The notes beneath the pieces were generated by a model. That model worked only from the letters and a program-made list of their open reading frames with translations. It searched no databases and had not been told where the DNA came from. A DNA stretch of 55,596 nucleotides from an uncultured Dehalococcoidia bacterium (lineage in GTDB: Bacteria > Chloroflexota > Dehalococcoidia > DSTF01 > RBG-16-68-14): positions 1-55,596 of the forward strand of contig CAYQLM010000004.1 in NCBI GenBank assembly GCA_964418365.1, read 5' to 3'. Below are positions 1 through 8,973 of this stretch, piece after piece. Position 1 is the first letter of the stretch; the number at the start of each line of letters is the position of its first letter. Position numbers and translations under genes: made by a program.

Positions 1-1302
1 GCCTTCGTGCTGTCAAGCCTGGGACTGGCGGTGGCCGCCGGCTTCACGCTCGCGTCGGCCCTCCCCCTTAGCATTGTGCTGGATTGGGGACGGGGCGTCC
101 GGTACACATCTCTCGTCGAGGCGCACGGCCAGATTCAAGTGCTTGGCTGGGTGGGGCTCTTCATCATGGGGATGGCGTTCCGGCTTATGCCCCGTTTCTC
201 CGGCCGGCCGTTGATCTTCCCCCTGGCCGTCTGGATCTCCTGGGCTGCGCTCGTCGCTTCGCTCCTTCTCCGGCTGGCGGCTCAGCCTGCCACAGAAGGC
301 TTCTTGAGGGACGTGGGCCTGATCGCTTCCGGAACGCTCGGGCTCATATCCGGCGCAGGGTTTGCTCTGGTGGTCGCGTCGACGCTGGTGCACCCACATA
401 GCCGTGCCGGAGCCACCGGGTACTTCTTCGTGCTCGGCTCCGCGGCGTTCCTGGTCCAAGCCCTGCTCAATCTGACCCTGCTCGTCCTGACCGCGCAGCG
501 CGGAGAGACTGCTCTCAGGCCTGGCGAAACGGCAGGGCTCTTCCACCTTCAGTTCTACGGCTTCGTCATCATGTTCGTCCTGGGAGTGGCTTCCCGTGCT
601 GTACCAACCTTCTCGGGACTGCCGCGCCCCGAACGTTCGGCCAAGGTGCTCGCGCTCGCGCTTGCGACCGCGGTGGGCGTGTACGTGTTCGCGGCGTTGT
701 GGGCGGCGTTTGTGGCCAGGAGCGCCGGTATCTATCGCCTGGAGGCTGCGGCGTTTGCGTCGTTGGGGCCAATCTTCTGGGCGGCCGTCTGGCTCGTCGG
801 CATCTTCCGGCCGGCCGCCAACCGGCTGCGGCCAGCCTCACAGCCACAATTCTGGTTCGTCAGGTCGGCGTTCCTCTGGCTGGCGATAGCCGGTGGCCTG
901 GCTGCGTATTACGGCGTCCGGGCAGCGGTCGACGGTACACCAATCGACTACTACGGTTCCGACGCGCTGCGTCATATCGTAGGCCTGGGTGTCGCATCAG
1001 TCATGATGGTGGGGATGGCGATCTTGGTACTGCCCGAGTTTGCCGTCCGACGCATGCAGAAGCGGGCGGAAGGACTTCCGCCGCTTCTCATCTTAACGCT
1101 GCTCAACGCCGCAGCGGCCCTACGCGTCGGGACCGCGATGGCGACGCCGCACTGGTTGAGCACCGATCGGTACTGGCCCATGGCTATCGCAGGGGTGCTC
1201 GCCTGGGTTGCCGTATCGCTGTTCGCCATGCTGTTCGTCCGCAATCTCCTTCAGAAGCGAGCCATACTCGAATCGGTGGTGCCGCTCAGGCCCGCCGGGT
1301 GA
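1..1302 (+). CDS. NnrS-like multi-pass membrane protein (probably 5'-truncated by the window edge)
   Basis: Frame is open from base 1. About 12 TM segments with repeated His-containing motifs (HGQIQVLGW..MGMAFRLMPRFSG; HLQFYGF..LGVASRAVPTFSG; RHIVGLG..MMVGMA) typical of NnrS/heme-copper-related proteins. Confidence 0.65.
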   Translation, partial: AFVLSSLGLAVAAGFTLASALPLSIVLDWGRGVRYTSLVEAHGQIQVLGWVGLFIMGMAFRLMPRFSGRPLIFPLAVWISWAALVASLLLRLAAQPATEGFLRDVGLIASGTLGLISGAGFALVVASTLVHPHSRAGATGYFFVLGSAAFLVQALLNLTLLVLTAQRGETALRPGETAGLFHLQFYGFVIMFVLGVASRAVPTFSGLPRPERSAKVLALALATAVGVYVFAALWAAFVARSAGIYRLEAAAFASLGPIFWAAVWLVGIFRPAANRLRPASQPQFWFVRSAFLWLAIAGGLAAYYGVRAAVDGTPIDYYGSDALRHIVGLGVASVMMVGMAILVLPEFAVRRMQKRAEGLPPLLILTLLNAAAALRVGTAMATPHWLSTDRYWPMAIAGVLAWVAVSLFAMLFVRNLLQKRAILESVVPLRPAG

Positions 1303-1368
1303 TCCGGCGGCTAGCCAGGCATTTCCCGCTGGACAGCGTCCGGTACGACACGTCGTTATAATTGAAGC

Positions 1369-2715
1369 GTGGAACACCTCATTCGCCGATGGCGGCAACT
1401 GAGCGTCTGGCTTCCCGCCGGTTACGTGGCCGCGGCTGCGACTCTGGCGGTCGCCTTCCACCGGTACCTTTCCAGTGTTGGCGTGGTCCTGTTGATCACA
1501 GCTTTGACCGCCCTCGGCGCCGCCGTGTTCTCCTCGCTGGTGTTCCGCGTTCTCGGGCGGGCGCAACGCGAGACCGAGCGCCGGGCGCGCGAGCTGGCGG
1601 CCGTCAACGAGGCCAGCCTGGCCTTATCATCCGAGCTCGATCTCGCCTCCGTCCTCCAGCGCGTCGTCGACCTCAGCCGAGACGTGACGACCGCCCGCTA
1701 TGGCGCGCTCGCGATGCTGGACGAGGAAGGCCAGATCGCCGAGTTTCTGACCTCCGGCATGAGCCGCGAGGAGCGAGATCGGATCGGCCAGCCGCCTGAA
1801 GGCAGAGGTCTCTTGGGCGTGGTCATTCGAGAAGGCGAAACGCTCAGAGTGGAACACATCAGCGACCATCCACGTTCCTCCGGCTTTCCACCCCATCACC
1901 CGCCGATGACCAGCTTCATCGGCCTGCCTATCGTGTACGAGGGCCGCATCCTGGGCGACCTCTATCTCACGGACAAGAACGGTGGGGAGCCCTTTACAAA
2001 GGAAGACGAGGATACGCTGCGCATCTTCGCCTCTCATGCCTCCATCGCCATCGAGAACGCGCGCCTGTACCAGCAGGTGCAGGACCTGGCCGTGCTGGAG
2101 GAGCGCGACCGCATCGGCATGGATCTGCACGATGGCATCATCCAGTCGCTCTACGCGACCGGTCTTACGCTGGAGACGTGCGCGGAAGATCTGCATGATG
2201 GTTCTGAGGCGGTGCACCTCCAGCTTCGGAAAGCGATCCACGATCTCAACCAGGCGATCGCTGACATCCGTAGCTACATCTTCGGGTTACGCCCCGCAGT
2301 GCTCGCTGACACCGACCTTGCCGGGGCCGTCGGCGCGCTGTTACAGGAACTGAAAGTGAACACGCTCGTGGACGTCACGCTTGCCGAGGCGCCGGGAGCC
2401 TGTCGGGGGCTATCGGCCGAGCAGATAAACGCCTTGTTCCACGTCGCCCAAGAGTCGCTCACGAATGTCCGGAAACACGCGCAGGCCTCTCGCGTCGTCG
2501 CCCGCCTGGAAAGCCGGCACGGGACGTTCTCGATAACCATCGCAGACGACGGCATTGGATTCGACCCGGCCCGGCTGGGAGGCGGCGGCCATGGCATGCG
2601 CAACATGCGCGAGAGAGTGGAAGCGCTCGGAGGGCGGTTGGAGGTCCGTTGCGCAAACGGTAAGGGCACCGAGGTCTCGGCCGCGGTGCCGCTTCAGATG
2701 GAGGGAGCGCCGTGA
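1369..2715 (+). CDS. GAF-domain sensor histidine kinase, DosS/DevS-like (HisKA_3)
   Basis: Two N-terminal TMs; GAF with DHPRSSGFPPHHPPM (DosS heme-His motif); H-box ERDRIGMDLHDGIIQ; ESLTNVRKHA; DDGIGF; GHGMRNMRER. Confidence 0.9.
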   Translation: MEHLIRRWRQLSVWLPAGYVAAAATLAVAFHRYLSSVGVVLLITALTALGAAVFSSLVFRVLGRAQRETERRARELAAVNEASLALSSELDLASVLQRVVDLSRDVTTARYGALAMLDEEGQIAEFLTSGMSREERDRIGQPPEGRGLLGVVIREGETLRVEHISDHPRSSGFPPHHPPMTSFIGLPIVYEGRILGDLYLTDKNGGEPFTKEDEDTLRIFASHASIAIENARLYQQVQDLAVLEERDRIGMDLHDGIIQSLYATGLTLETCAEDLHDGSEAVHLQLRKAIHDLNQAIADIRSYIFGLRPAVLADTDLAGAVGALLQELKVNTLVDVTLAEAPGACRGLSAEQINALFHVAQESLTNVRKHAQASRVVARLESRHGTFSITIADDGIGFDPARLGGGGHGMRNMRERVEALGGRLEVRCANGKGTEVSAAVPLQMEGAP

Positions 2716-3371
2716 CTGAACAACCGATCCGTGTGCTCATCGTCGACGATCACGAAGTCGTGCGTGAGGGCCTGCGCGCCCTCCTTCGGCGCCGGCCCAA
2801 CCTCACCGTGGTTGGCGCTGCGGACACGGTCGCGTCTGCGATCGCGGAGGCGCGGCGCATGAAGCCCGACGTGGTGATCATGGACTTGCGCCTGCCGGAC
2901 GGCAGCGGCGTGGAGGCATGCCGCGAGATCCGCGCCCAGCGACCCGAGACCAAAGTCATCATGCTCACCTCATACGCTGATGATGAAGCCGTTATCGCCT
3001 CGATTATGGCTGGCGCGACGGGCTACCTGCTCAAGCAAACCCGGACCGAGGCGCTGACGGACGCGATCATCCGCGCGATGAACGGTGAGTCGCTCCTGGA
3101 CCCCGCCGTTACCCAGCAGGTGCTGGACCGGGTGCGCCGCGCCGGGACCAAGAAGGACGACGAGCTCTCGCTCCTCTCTGAGCAGGAACAGAAGATTGTC
3201 GACCTCATTGCGCAGGGCAAGACGAACAAGGAAATCGCCCAGGAGGTCTACCTCAGCGACAAGACGGTGAAGAACTACGTCAGCAGCATCCTCAGTAAGC
3301 TGAACCTCCGCCGCCGCTCTGAGGCCGCGGCGTTCATCGCCCGCCGTCGTTCCCGCACAGACGCGCCATAG
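2712..3371 (+). CDS. NarL/DosR-family response regulator
   Basis: REC domain (VDDHEVVR, DLRLPDG) plus LuxR HTH (GKTNKEIA..LSDKTVKNYVSSILSKL); 4-nt overlap with the kinase. Confidence 0.93.
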   Translation: MTEQPIRVLIVDDHEVVREGLRALLRRRPNLTVVGAADTVASAIAEARRMKPDVVIMDLRLPDGSGVEACREIRAQRPETKVIMLTSYADDEAVIASIMAGATGYLLKQTRTEALTDAIIRAMNGESLLDPAVTQQVLDRVRRAGTKKDDELSLLSEQEQKIVDLIAQGKTNKEIAQEVYLSDKTVKNYVSSILSKLNLRRRSEAAAFIARRRSRTDAP

Positions 3372-3543
3372 CCAAAGCCACCATGCCTTATGATGATCCG
3401 GCGCTTCAGCCGGTCTCAACATCCGCAGAATGACAGTCGCGGTCAGTGACACGCTTGTCGTCGCCAACATAGCAGTTGGGTTGGAATTACGAGGGTGATA
3501 AGCAGTTCTGGGCGCAAGAGGTGAGAGAATTGCATCTGAAAAC

Positions 3544-3619
3544 TGGCGCGCTCGGAGGGATTCGAACCCCCGACCGTCGGTTCCGAAGACCGATGCTCTA
3601 TCCACTGAGCTACGAGCGC
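3544..3619 (-). tRNA. tRNA-Arg(TCG)
   Basis: Reverse complement GCGCTCGTAGCTCAGTGGATAGAGCATCGGTCTTCGGAACCGACGGTCGGGGGTTCGAATCCCTCCGAGCGCGCCA folds as a cloverleaf; anticodon loop CT-TCG-GA; encoded CCA. Confidence 0.95.
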
Positions 3620-3772
3620 GCGCTCGAAAGGAAGCCATTGCGCCTACCGCTCACCGTGCGTACAGTAGCGGGGCGGAACGCCGCTTTCGTTCGTCCAACA
3701 TAGCATTTCGCCCCCTCAACGCGCACCAGCATCGCTGAGGGCATCCGACCGCTCCATTCCCAGAGGACGCCT

Positions 3773-5137
3773 GTGGCCGACGACGCCACCCAGGTCAGCA
3801 CGAGCGACGAAACGCTGAGCGAGATCGAGCGCCTGCTAGAAGACGGCCGCTTGGATCAGGCGCTTGCGCGTCTCGGCGGCCTGCACCCTGCCGATCAAGG
3901 CGCCGTCATCGCCGAGCTCGGGAGCGAGCAGCGCGCGCAGCTCGTCCCGCTGATCCCGCACGAAGCGATGGCCCAGGTTCTCGATTACTTGGAAGCGGAC
4001 GCACGCGCCGATGCCGTCGCGCACCTCGAGCCGGCCGCACTGGGCCCGATCCTCGATTCGACCGACCGCGACGTAGCCGCCGACGTCCTGCACTCGCTCC
4101 CGCCCGACCGCGCGCGCGCCGTCCTCGACGCAATGCGGACCGCCGCGGAAGTAGAGCCGCTGCTGCCGCACCCAGACCAGACCGCGGGTGGCCGCATGAC
4201 GACCGGCTTCGTCGCGCTCAACCGGCACTGGACGGTCGAGCAGACGCTCTCGTATCTGCGGCGCACCCGGCCCGCCGCTGAGCAAGTCTTCTACCTCTAT
4301 GTCGTAGACGACGACCATCGGCTCGAGGGCGTGGTCAGCCTGCGCCAGCTCGTCGTTGCGGACCCGCAGGATCGGATCGGCGACCTGATGGAGCCGGCCG
4401 TCGTGAGCGTCCGCACCGGAGAGGACCAGGAGGAAGTCGCGCGCGAAGTGCGGCGCTACAACTTCGTCGCGCTGCCGGTCGTCGACGAGGCCCGGCGGCT
4501 CGTGGGCGTGATCAGCATCGATGACCTCATGGACGTCGCGGAGGAAGAGGCGACCGAGGACATGTACCGCATGGCCGGTGTCGGCGTGAAGGAGCGGGCG
4601 TTCAGCCCGCTCCGCGAGTCCGTCGCGCGACGCATCCCGTGGCTCACCTTTAACATGGCTTGGGCGTTCGCGGGCGCGGCGGTGATCAGCCTATTCAAGG
4701 GCACCATCGAGCAGGTCGCGGCTGTCGCGATCTTCATGCCGATGATCGCGGGGCAGGCGGGCAACGCCGGCATTCAGACCGCCACGATCGTTGTCCGCTC
4801 GATGGCGCTCGGCGAAGTCGAGCTGGGGGACATCGTCCCGCTGCTGGCCAAGGAGTGGGCGATGGGCGCGATCAAGGGCGTCATCTTCGGCACAGCGCTC
4901 GGCGTGATCGCGTGGCTGTGGGAGGGCAACGCGACGCTGGGCGCGGTCGCGGGAGCGGCGCTCTTCCTCAATATGCTCGTCGCCAGCACCGCCGGCGTCC
5001 TCGTACCGATGACGCTCCGGCGCATGGGCTTCGACCCGGCGACGATCGCCGGCGTGTTCGACACGATGCTCACCGACCTGATGGGCTTCCTGATCTTCCT
5101 CGGGCTGGCGACGCTGCTGATCTCACGGATCAAATAG
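3773..5137 (+). CDS. mgtE: Magnesium transporter MgtE
   Basis: N-domain LHPAD, CBS pair (AGGRMT, YLYVVD, LPVVD), TM domain with GNAGIQ and DPA motifs. Confidence 0.95.
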   Translation: MADDATQVSTSDETLSEIERLLEDGRLDQALARLGGLHPADQGAVIAELGSEQRAQLVPLIPHEAMAQVLDYLEADARADAVAHLEPAALGPILDSTDRDVAADVLHSLPPDRARAVLDAMRTAAEVEPLLPHPDQTAGGRMTTGFVALNRHWTVEQTLSYLRRTRPAAEQVFYLYVVDDDHRLEGVVSLRQLVVADPQDRIGDLMEPAVVSVRTGEDQEEVAREVRRYNFVALPVVDEARRLVGVISIDDLMDVAEEEATEDMYRMAGVGVKERAFSPLRESVARRIPWLTFNMAWAFAGAAVISLFKGTIEQVAAVAIFMPMIAGQAGNAGIQTATIVVRSMALGEVELGDIVPLLAKEWAMGAIKGVIFGTALGVIAWLWEGNATLGAVAGAALFLNMLVASTAGVLVPMTLRRMGFDPATIAGVFDTMLTDLMGFLIFLGLATLLISRIK

Positions 5138-5164
5138 CAGGCGTAGCGTGGGAACGTCCCGACG

Positions 5165-6169
5165 CTAGCGCGATGCCGTAGCCGTCGGAGCGGGCGGCGT
5201 GTTGGTGGGCGCCGGAGGAGTCCCGGTACTCGGCGTTCCCGTTGCTGGCGTGAGGGCAACGGGTGTGCGGTCGGGGTTCACCTGCAGTTGCAGCTTTGCC
5301 TCCGTGTACGACGGATCCTGCGGGAACGCGTCGACGAGCAGAGCGCCCTGGATATCGCTCTTGTCGTCGTGGAAATCGAGCCGCTGCGCGACGCCCAGCG
5401 GCGCACCGGACAGCACGATCCAGCCGCGATCCGCGCTCGCCTGCTGGTAAAACGCCAGGATCTTGTCGGCACTGTCGTGCGTGATGAAGTCGACGAGGTA
5501 GCTGTCGTTTCCCGGCTGATGCAGGAACGCATTGCCGACGATCGTCGCGCCGTCGTAGAGCGGGACATCTTCGGGGAAACCCTTTGGCGGGCCAAGGCTG
5601 TCGCCGCGCTGGTAGGGCGGCTGCTGCCGACGGAACGCGCCGGCGTCCTGCAGCGACACGAGGATGCTCGTGTGCTCATCGTCGCCGCCGCGCACGATCG
5701 AGACGACGCCGGTGATGTCGGCGTCATCCGTCTTGGCGAACTGCAGGCTGTCCAGCTCGGCCGTTGAGTACGCGCCCTGGAGCTGCCACGGGCTCTTATC
5801 GAGCTGCTGTTCGTAGTAGGCGCGCACCTTCTGGCGCGCATCGCTCGTGTCGTACACGATGAAATAGAGCGTGGGCGAAGCTGTCGTGCCCGTCGCCGGA
5901 TTGGGCGTTGGCGTCGCTGCGGAGGCCGCCGGCCGCCGGCTCGAGACGATCAGCTTTGCGCCCGGGTACTCGGGCGGCTTGATGGGAAGGCCGTCAGGCA
6001 GGCGGCCGCTGTAGCTCTCGAGCTGGCCCGTGTCCGCCGAGCCGGAGCCGGCGAGCAGACGGTGGATGACCGAGGCGATGTGCTCATTGCTTCCCCCTCC
6101 CCCACCTCCACCGCAGGCGCTCCCGATCAGGAGCGCGGCGATGAGCGGCGCGGCAGGGAGCAGTCGCAT
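5165..6169 (-). CDS. Lipoprotein with two internal repeats, unknown function
   Basis: Likely start MRLLPAAP at 6169 behind GAGGT (the ORF-track extension overlaps tRNA-His). Lipobox-like LIGSAC; duplicated module (PEYPGA..YYEQQL..W / PLYDGA..FYQQAS..W); Pro/Thr tail. Confidence 0.7.
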   Translation of the reverse strand: MRLLPAAPLIAALLIGSACGGGGGGGSNEHIASVIHRLLAGSGSADTGQLESYSGRLPDGLPIKPPEYPGAKLIVSSRRPAASAATPTPNPATGTTASPTLYFIVYDTSDARQKVRAYYEQQLDKSPWQLQGAYSTAELDSLQFAKTDDADITGVVSIVRGGDDEHTSILVSLQDAGAFRRQQPPYQRGDSLGPPKGFPEDVPLYDGATIVGNAFLHQPGNDSYLVDFITHDSADKILAFYQQASADRGWIVLSGAPLGVAQRLDFHDDKSDIQGALLVDAFPQDPSYTEAKLQLQVNPDRTPVALTPATGTPSTGTPPAPTNTPPAPTATASR

Positions 6170-6205
6170 CGATACCTCATCTATAAGGATGGCGGCGAAG
6201 GCAGC

Positions 6206-6283
6206 TGGGGTGGACGGAGGGATTCGAACCCTCGATCTCCTGGGCCACAACCAGGTGCCTTAGACCACTCGGCTACGCCCACC
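6206..6283 (-). tRNA. tRNA-His(GTG)
   Basis: GGTGGGCGTAGCCGAGTGGTCTAAGGCACCTGGTTGTGGCCCAGGAGATCGAGGGTTCGAATCCCTCCGTCCACCCCA; GTG anticodon, G-1:C73 pair, encoded CCA. Confidence 0.96.
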
Positions 6284-6316
6284 ACGGATTCGGAAGCAGG
6301 GCGGCTTGGTGGTGGC

Positions 6317-6344
6317 AGCTCGAAGCTCGAGGTTCGAGGTTCGA
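6317..6344. repeat. Heptamer tandem repeat (AGCTCGA x2, GGTTCGA x2)
   Basis: Read directly from the sequence. Confidence 0.7.
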
Positions 6345-6454
6345 AACGGCGTGACCAGAACAAGCGTCCGGAGCTTCGCACACCAGTCTAGCAGAGTTGG
6401 GAGCGAGCGGCTAAGGGTGAAACGCAAGGCCTGAAGCCAACATCAGGTTTCCGC

Positions 6455-6483
6455 TTGACAAAGGTGTAGCGATGGAGGATACT
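6455..6483 (+). promoter_or_regulatory. Sigma70-type promoter of flexitail gene 1
   Basis: TTGACA-17nt-GATACT. Confidence 0.65.
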
Positions 6484-6723
6484 CAGCTTGCTTGGACGCG
6501 CCCCGGCCCGATGCTGGGGCAGGCGGCTCGAAGGCTCCCCGCAATCATAGGCAGGTTGAATCATAGGCAGAGCATGCCCGCCTGCTACTCCCCGCTGGTA
6601 GCACGCTGCCCTGCCGGACGACGCTGTAGTCTTTTGCGTGCTTGACGAAAGGAGGGGACGCAAGGCTCCAAACACGCTGGTAAAGTTGACCTCATTCACC
6701 AAACACCCAGAGGAGGTATTTAC

Positions 6724-8640
6724 ATGCAACGCGTGAGTCCAAGAGCGCTCCTGCTCTCGTTCGCCGGAATCGGCGCGCTGGTAGCAGGTTTGCTCGTTGT
6801 CTTCATGCTCATGGGGAGCTCGGCTTCCCCCAAGGCCCAGGCGATCGTACCGACAAAGACGCCGACGCCGGGTCCGTCACCAACCGCCAAGCCCAACGGC
6901 GCGGGCAACCTCAGTGGTCTCTTCGACGCGGACGCTGGTCCGGGCCTCTACACGTGCATCGTCCGAACGGACGAGGACTCTGGCACCCTCCAGATCAAGT
7001 CGGCACTGCAGTGCTTCGCCACGCTTTCTCTTGGCGTCGGCGCTGGCGAGCCGCCTTGTAGCGCCGTACACACGACGGGTGGTCCCGTCGTATCGACCGT
7101 GCCAGGTGAAGGAACGTGCAACGGGCACTCGGGACCGCCACCGTACGCCGGCCTGACGCCGTACAAGTTGCACGGAATTTACTGTCCGGCGGGACCTGCC
7201 TGTCCGGGCCCTGCTGGCCCCAATGGGCCTGCAACGATCCCCGGTGACAGCACGTACGCCGTGGGCTGCCTGGGGGACTTCGGCACGAGCTTGGGCCCGA
7301 ACTTGGTTGTGACCAGTGTCACACTCAACGCCAAGGTCCAGGACACCGGCATCGGCGGCGTGAGCGCCGCCACGGCGCAGATCTACACTGCCTCGACCAA
7401 CGCGCAATGCGCGACGGCAGAGGGCGGCGTAATGCCGGCCGGCCTCGGCGGGCCTATCACGCTGCCGACGAACCTAACTAGAATCGCCACCGGGCGTGAC
7501 TTCGACGGCGATACCTGCACGGACATGCAGGAGCTGGCCCAGGACAAGGCGGGCGCGACCACCAAGTGTGGCGACGACCCGTTCAACCCGAACGACCCGA
7601 CGGGCGCCGCTCCTGACGTGAGCGGTGCTTGGAGCCTCACCGCAGAGGCAGTGCGGGCCGACGTCGGCGTGGGCGGCCTCTACTACAACTGCGATATGGA
7701 CATGCAGCAGAGTGGGAAGAACCTGACTTCTCGCATCATCTGCGTCATCGACTCCGCAGGGATCACCGTGAACGCGCAGGCGGCGTCCGGCAACCCGATG
7801 ACGGGCGTCAACAGCTGCGGGCCGGCTGCGGCCAAGTTCTGCGGCGACGGTCAAGTAGGCGCGGGCCCGCCGGGCTGTTCGCTGGCAGCAGGCTGCGCAG
7901 TGCTGGCCAACCAGGGCCCAACGCCCGGTACGGGCTGTCCGGCCCTCCCCTGTGACGTTTCGCAGTACCAGTTTGCGGATGTCGACAACAAGCACACGGT
8001 GCTGACCGGAACGTTGGACAACACCAGTAACAACATTAACCTGACCGGCTGCTTCATCGCCGACCCGCCCGAAGGCGACGGCTTGGGTCAGCTCGGCAAC
8101 GTCTACGTCGTGGCCAAGATCGATGCCCACACGGGCATTGGCAAGGCCAACATCTTCGTCGCCGAGACGCGTGCCAACTGCATAGCCGGCACGCCTTTGG
8201 GCGGCGGGCTCAACGTCCTGATCTCCATGGCGCGGCAGGACCCGGGCGACAAGGGCGGCGGCTGCGTGGCGAATGGTAGCCCGCCTGGTACGGCAATCGG
8301 CTTCACCGGCTGCCGTGACACCGACGGCGACGGCTGCCCGGACAAGCGCGAGCTGGGTGACACCCCTGGTGGCCCCACGGGTGGCGGTCTCCGCGACCCG
8401 AGCAACCGCTGGGACTACTTCAACCCAGAGAAGGTGAACACGCCGCACGGGCAGACCGTGGCCGACATCCTGGCCGTCGTCGGCAAGTACGGCAAGGGCC
8501 AGGGCCACGCCCTCTACTCGATTGACACCGACCGCACCGCGATCATCGGTGGCAACGTGTGGAACCTGGGCCCGGCCGATGGCCAGCAGACAGTGGCGGA
8601 CATCCTGGCCGCGGTGAAGCAGTACAACCAGAACTGCTAA
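6724..8640 (+). CDS. Secreted Cys-rich surface protein with flexitail-type C-terminus (paralog 1)
   Basis: AGGAGG SD; signal peptide; PT linker; two DxDGDxCxD..E...DP.N motifs; C-terminal duplicated QTVADIL..V..Y helices ending in Cys. Confidence 0.8.
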   Translation: MQRVSPRALLLSFAGIGALVAGLLVVFMLMGSSASPKAQAIVPTKTPTPGPSPTAKPNGAGNLSGLFDADAGPGLYTCIVRTDEDSGTLQIKSALQCFATLSLGVGAGEPPCSAVHTTGGPVVSTVPGEGTCNGHSGPPPYAGLTPYKLHGIYCPAGPACPGPAGPNGPATIPGDSTYAVGCLGDFGTSLGPNLVVTSVTLNAKVQDTGIGGVSAATAQIYTASTNAQCATAEGGVMPAGLGGPITLPTNLTRIATGRDFDGDTCTDMQELAQDKAGATTKCGDDPFNPNDPTGAAPDVSGAWSLTAEAVRADVGVGGLYYNCDMDMQQSGKNLTSRIICVIDSAGITVNAQAASGNPMTGVNSCGPAAAKFCGDGQVGAGPPGCSLAAGCAVLANQGPTPGTGCPALPCDVSQYQFADVDNKHTVLTGTLDNTSNNINLTGCFIADPPEGDGLGQLGNVYVVAKIDAHTGIGKANIFVAETRANCIAGTPLGGGLNVLISMARQDPGDKGGGCVANGSPPGTAIGFTGCRDTDGDGCPDKRELGDTPGGPTGGGLRDPSNRWDYFNPEKVNTPHGQTVADILAVVGKYGKGQGHALYSIDTDRTAIIGGNVWNLGPADGQQTVADILAAVKQYNQNC

Positions 8641-8664
8641 CCCGCCGGAACCACAGGACGAATC

Positions 8665-8697
8665 AAGAGAGGCCCCCAATCGGGGGCCTCTCTTCTT
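8665..8697 (+). terminator. Intrinsic terminator
   Basis: AAGAGAGGCCCCC-AATC-GGGGGCCTCTCTT-CTT, 13-bp perfect stem. Confidence 0.8.
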
Positions 8698-8705
8698 GCC
8701 CCCTC

Positions 8706-8734
8706 TTGACAAACCTGAGGGCATGGCTGATACT
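8706..8734 (+). promoter_or_regulatory. Sigma70-type promoter of flexitail gene 2
   Basis: TTGACA-17nt-GATACT, same hexamers as 6455-6483. Confidence 0.65.
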
Positions 8735-8973
8735 CGCCTTGCCAAACGAGGCCCGGCCAGGCACCGGGGCTCGCTGGCGCTCCCCGCAGAAATTGACCAT
8801 GCGAACCTCTTGGGCGACATGCGCCTGCTCGTCACATGTGTCCCCGCCCTCCATGCGGGCGACAGCATCGGCGCCGCCTAACGGTCGACCGGAGCGAAAG
8901 GAGGAGCAGGGCAGGCAGCAACACAACCGGTAGCAGATCTCCCTTCATCACACGGAGAGGACAGGAGGTATTC

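Noticed and set aside
3476..3703. 75-aa ORF across the tRNA-Arg
   Set aside because: Mostly an antisense translation of the tRNA (GGIRTPDRRFRRPMLYPLSY).
3620..3772. Mg2+ (M-box) riboswitch before mgtE
   Set aside because: The spacer is short, is shared with the tRNA promoter and has no recognisable M-box motifs.
6630..6690. GAAAGGAGGGGACGCAAGGC resembles part of a c-di-GMP-I riboswitch
   Set aside because: The upstream GGCAAACC and the P1/P3 elements are missing, and the homologous second leader lacks GACGCAA.
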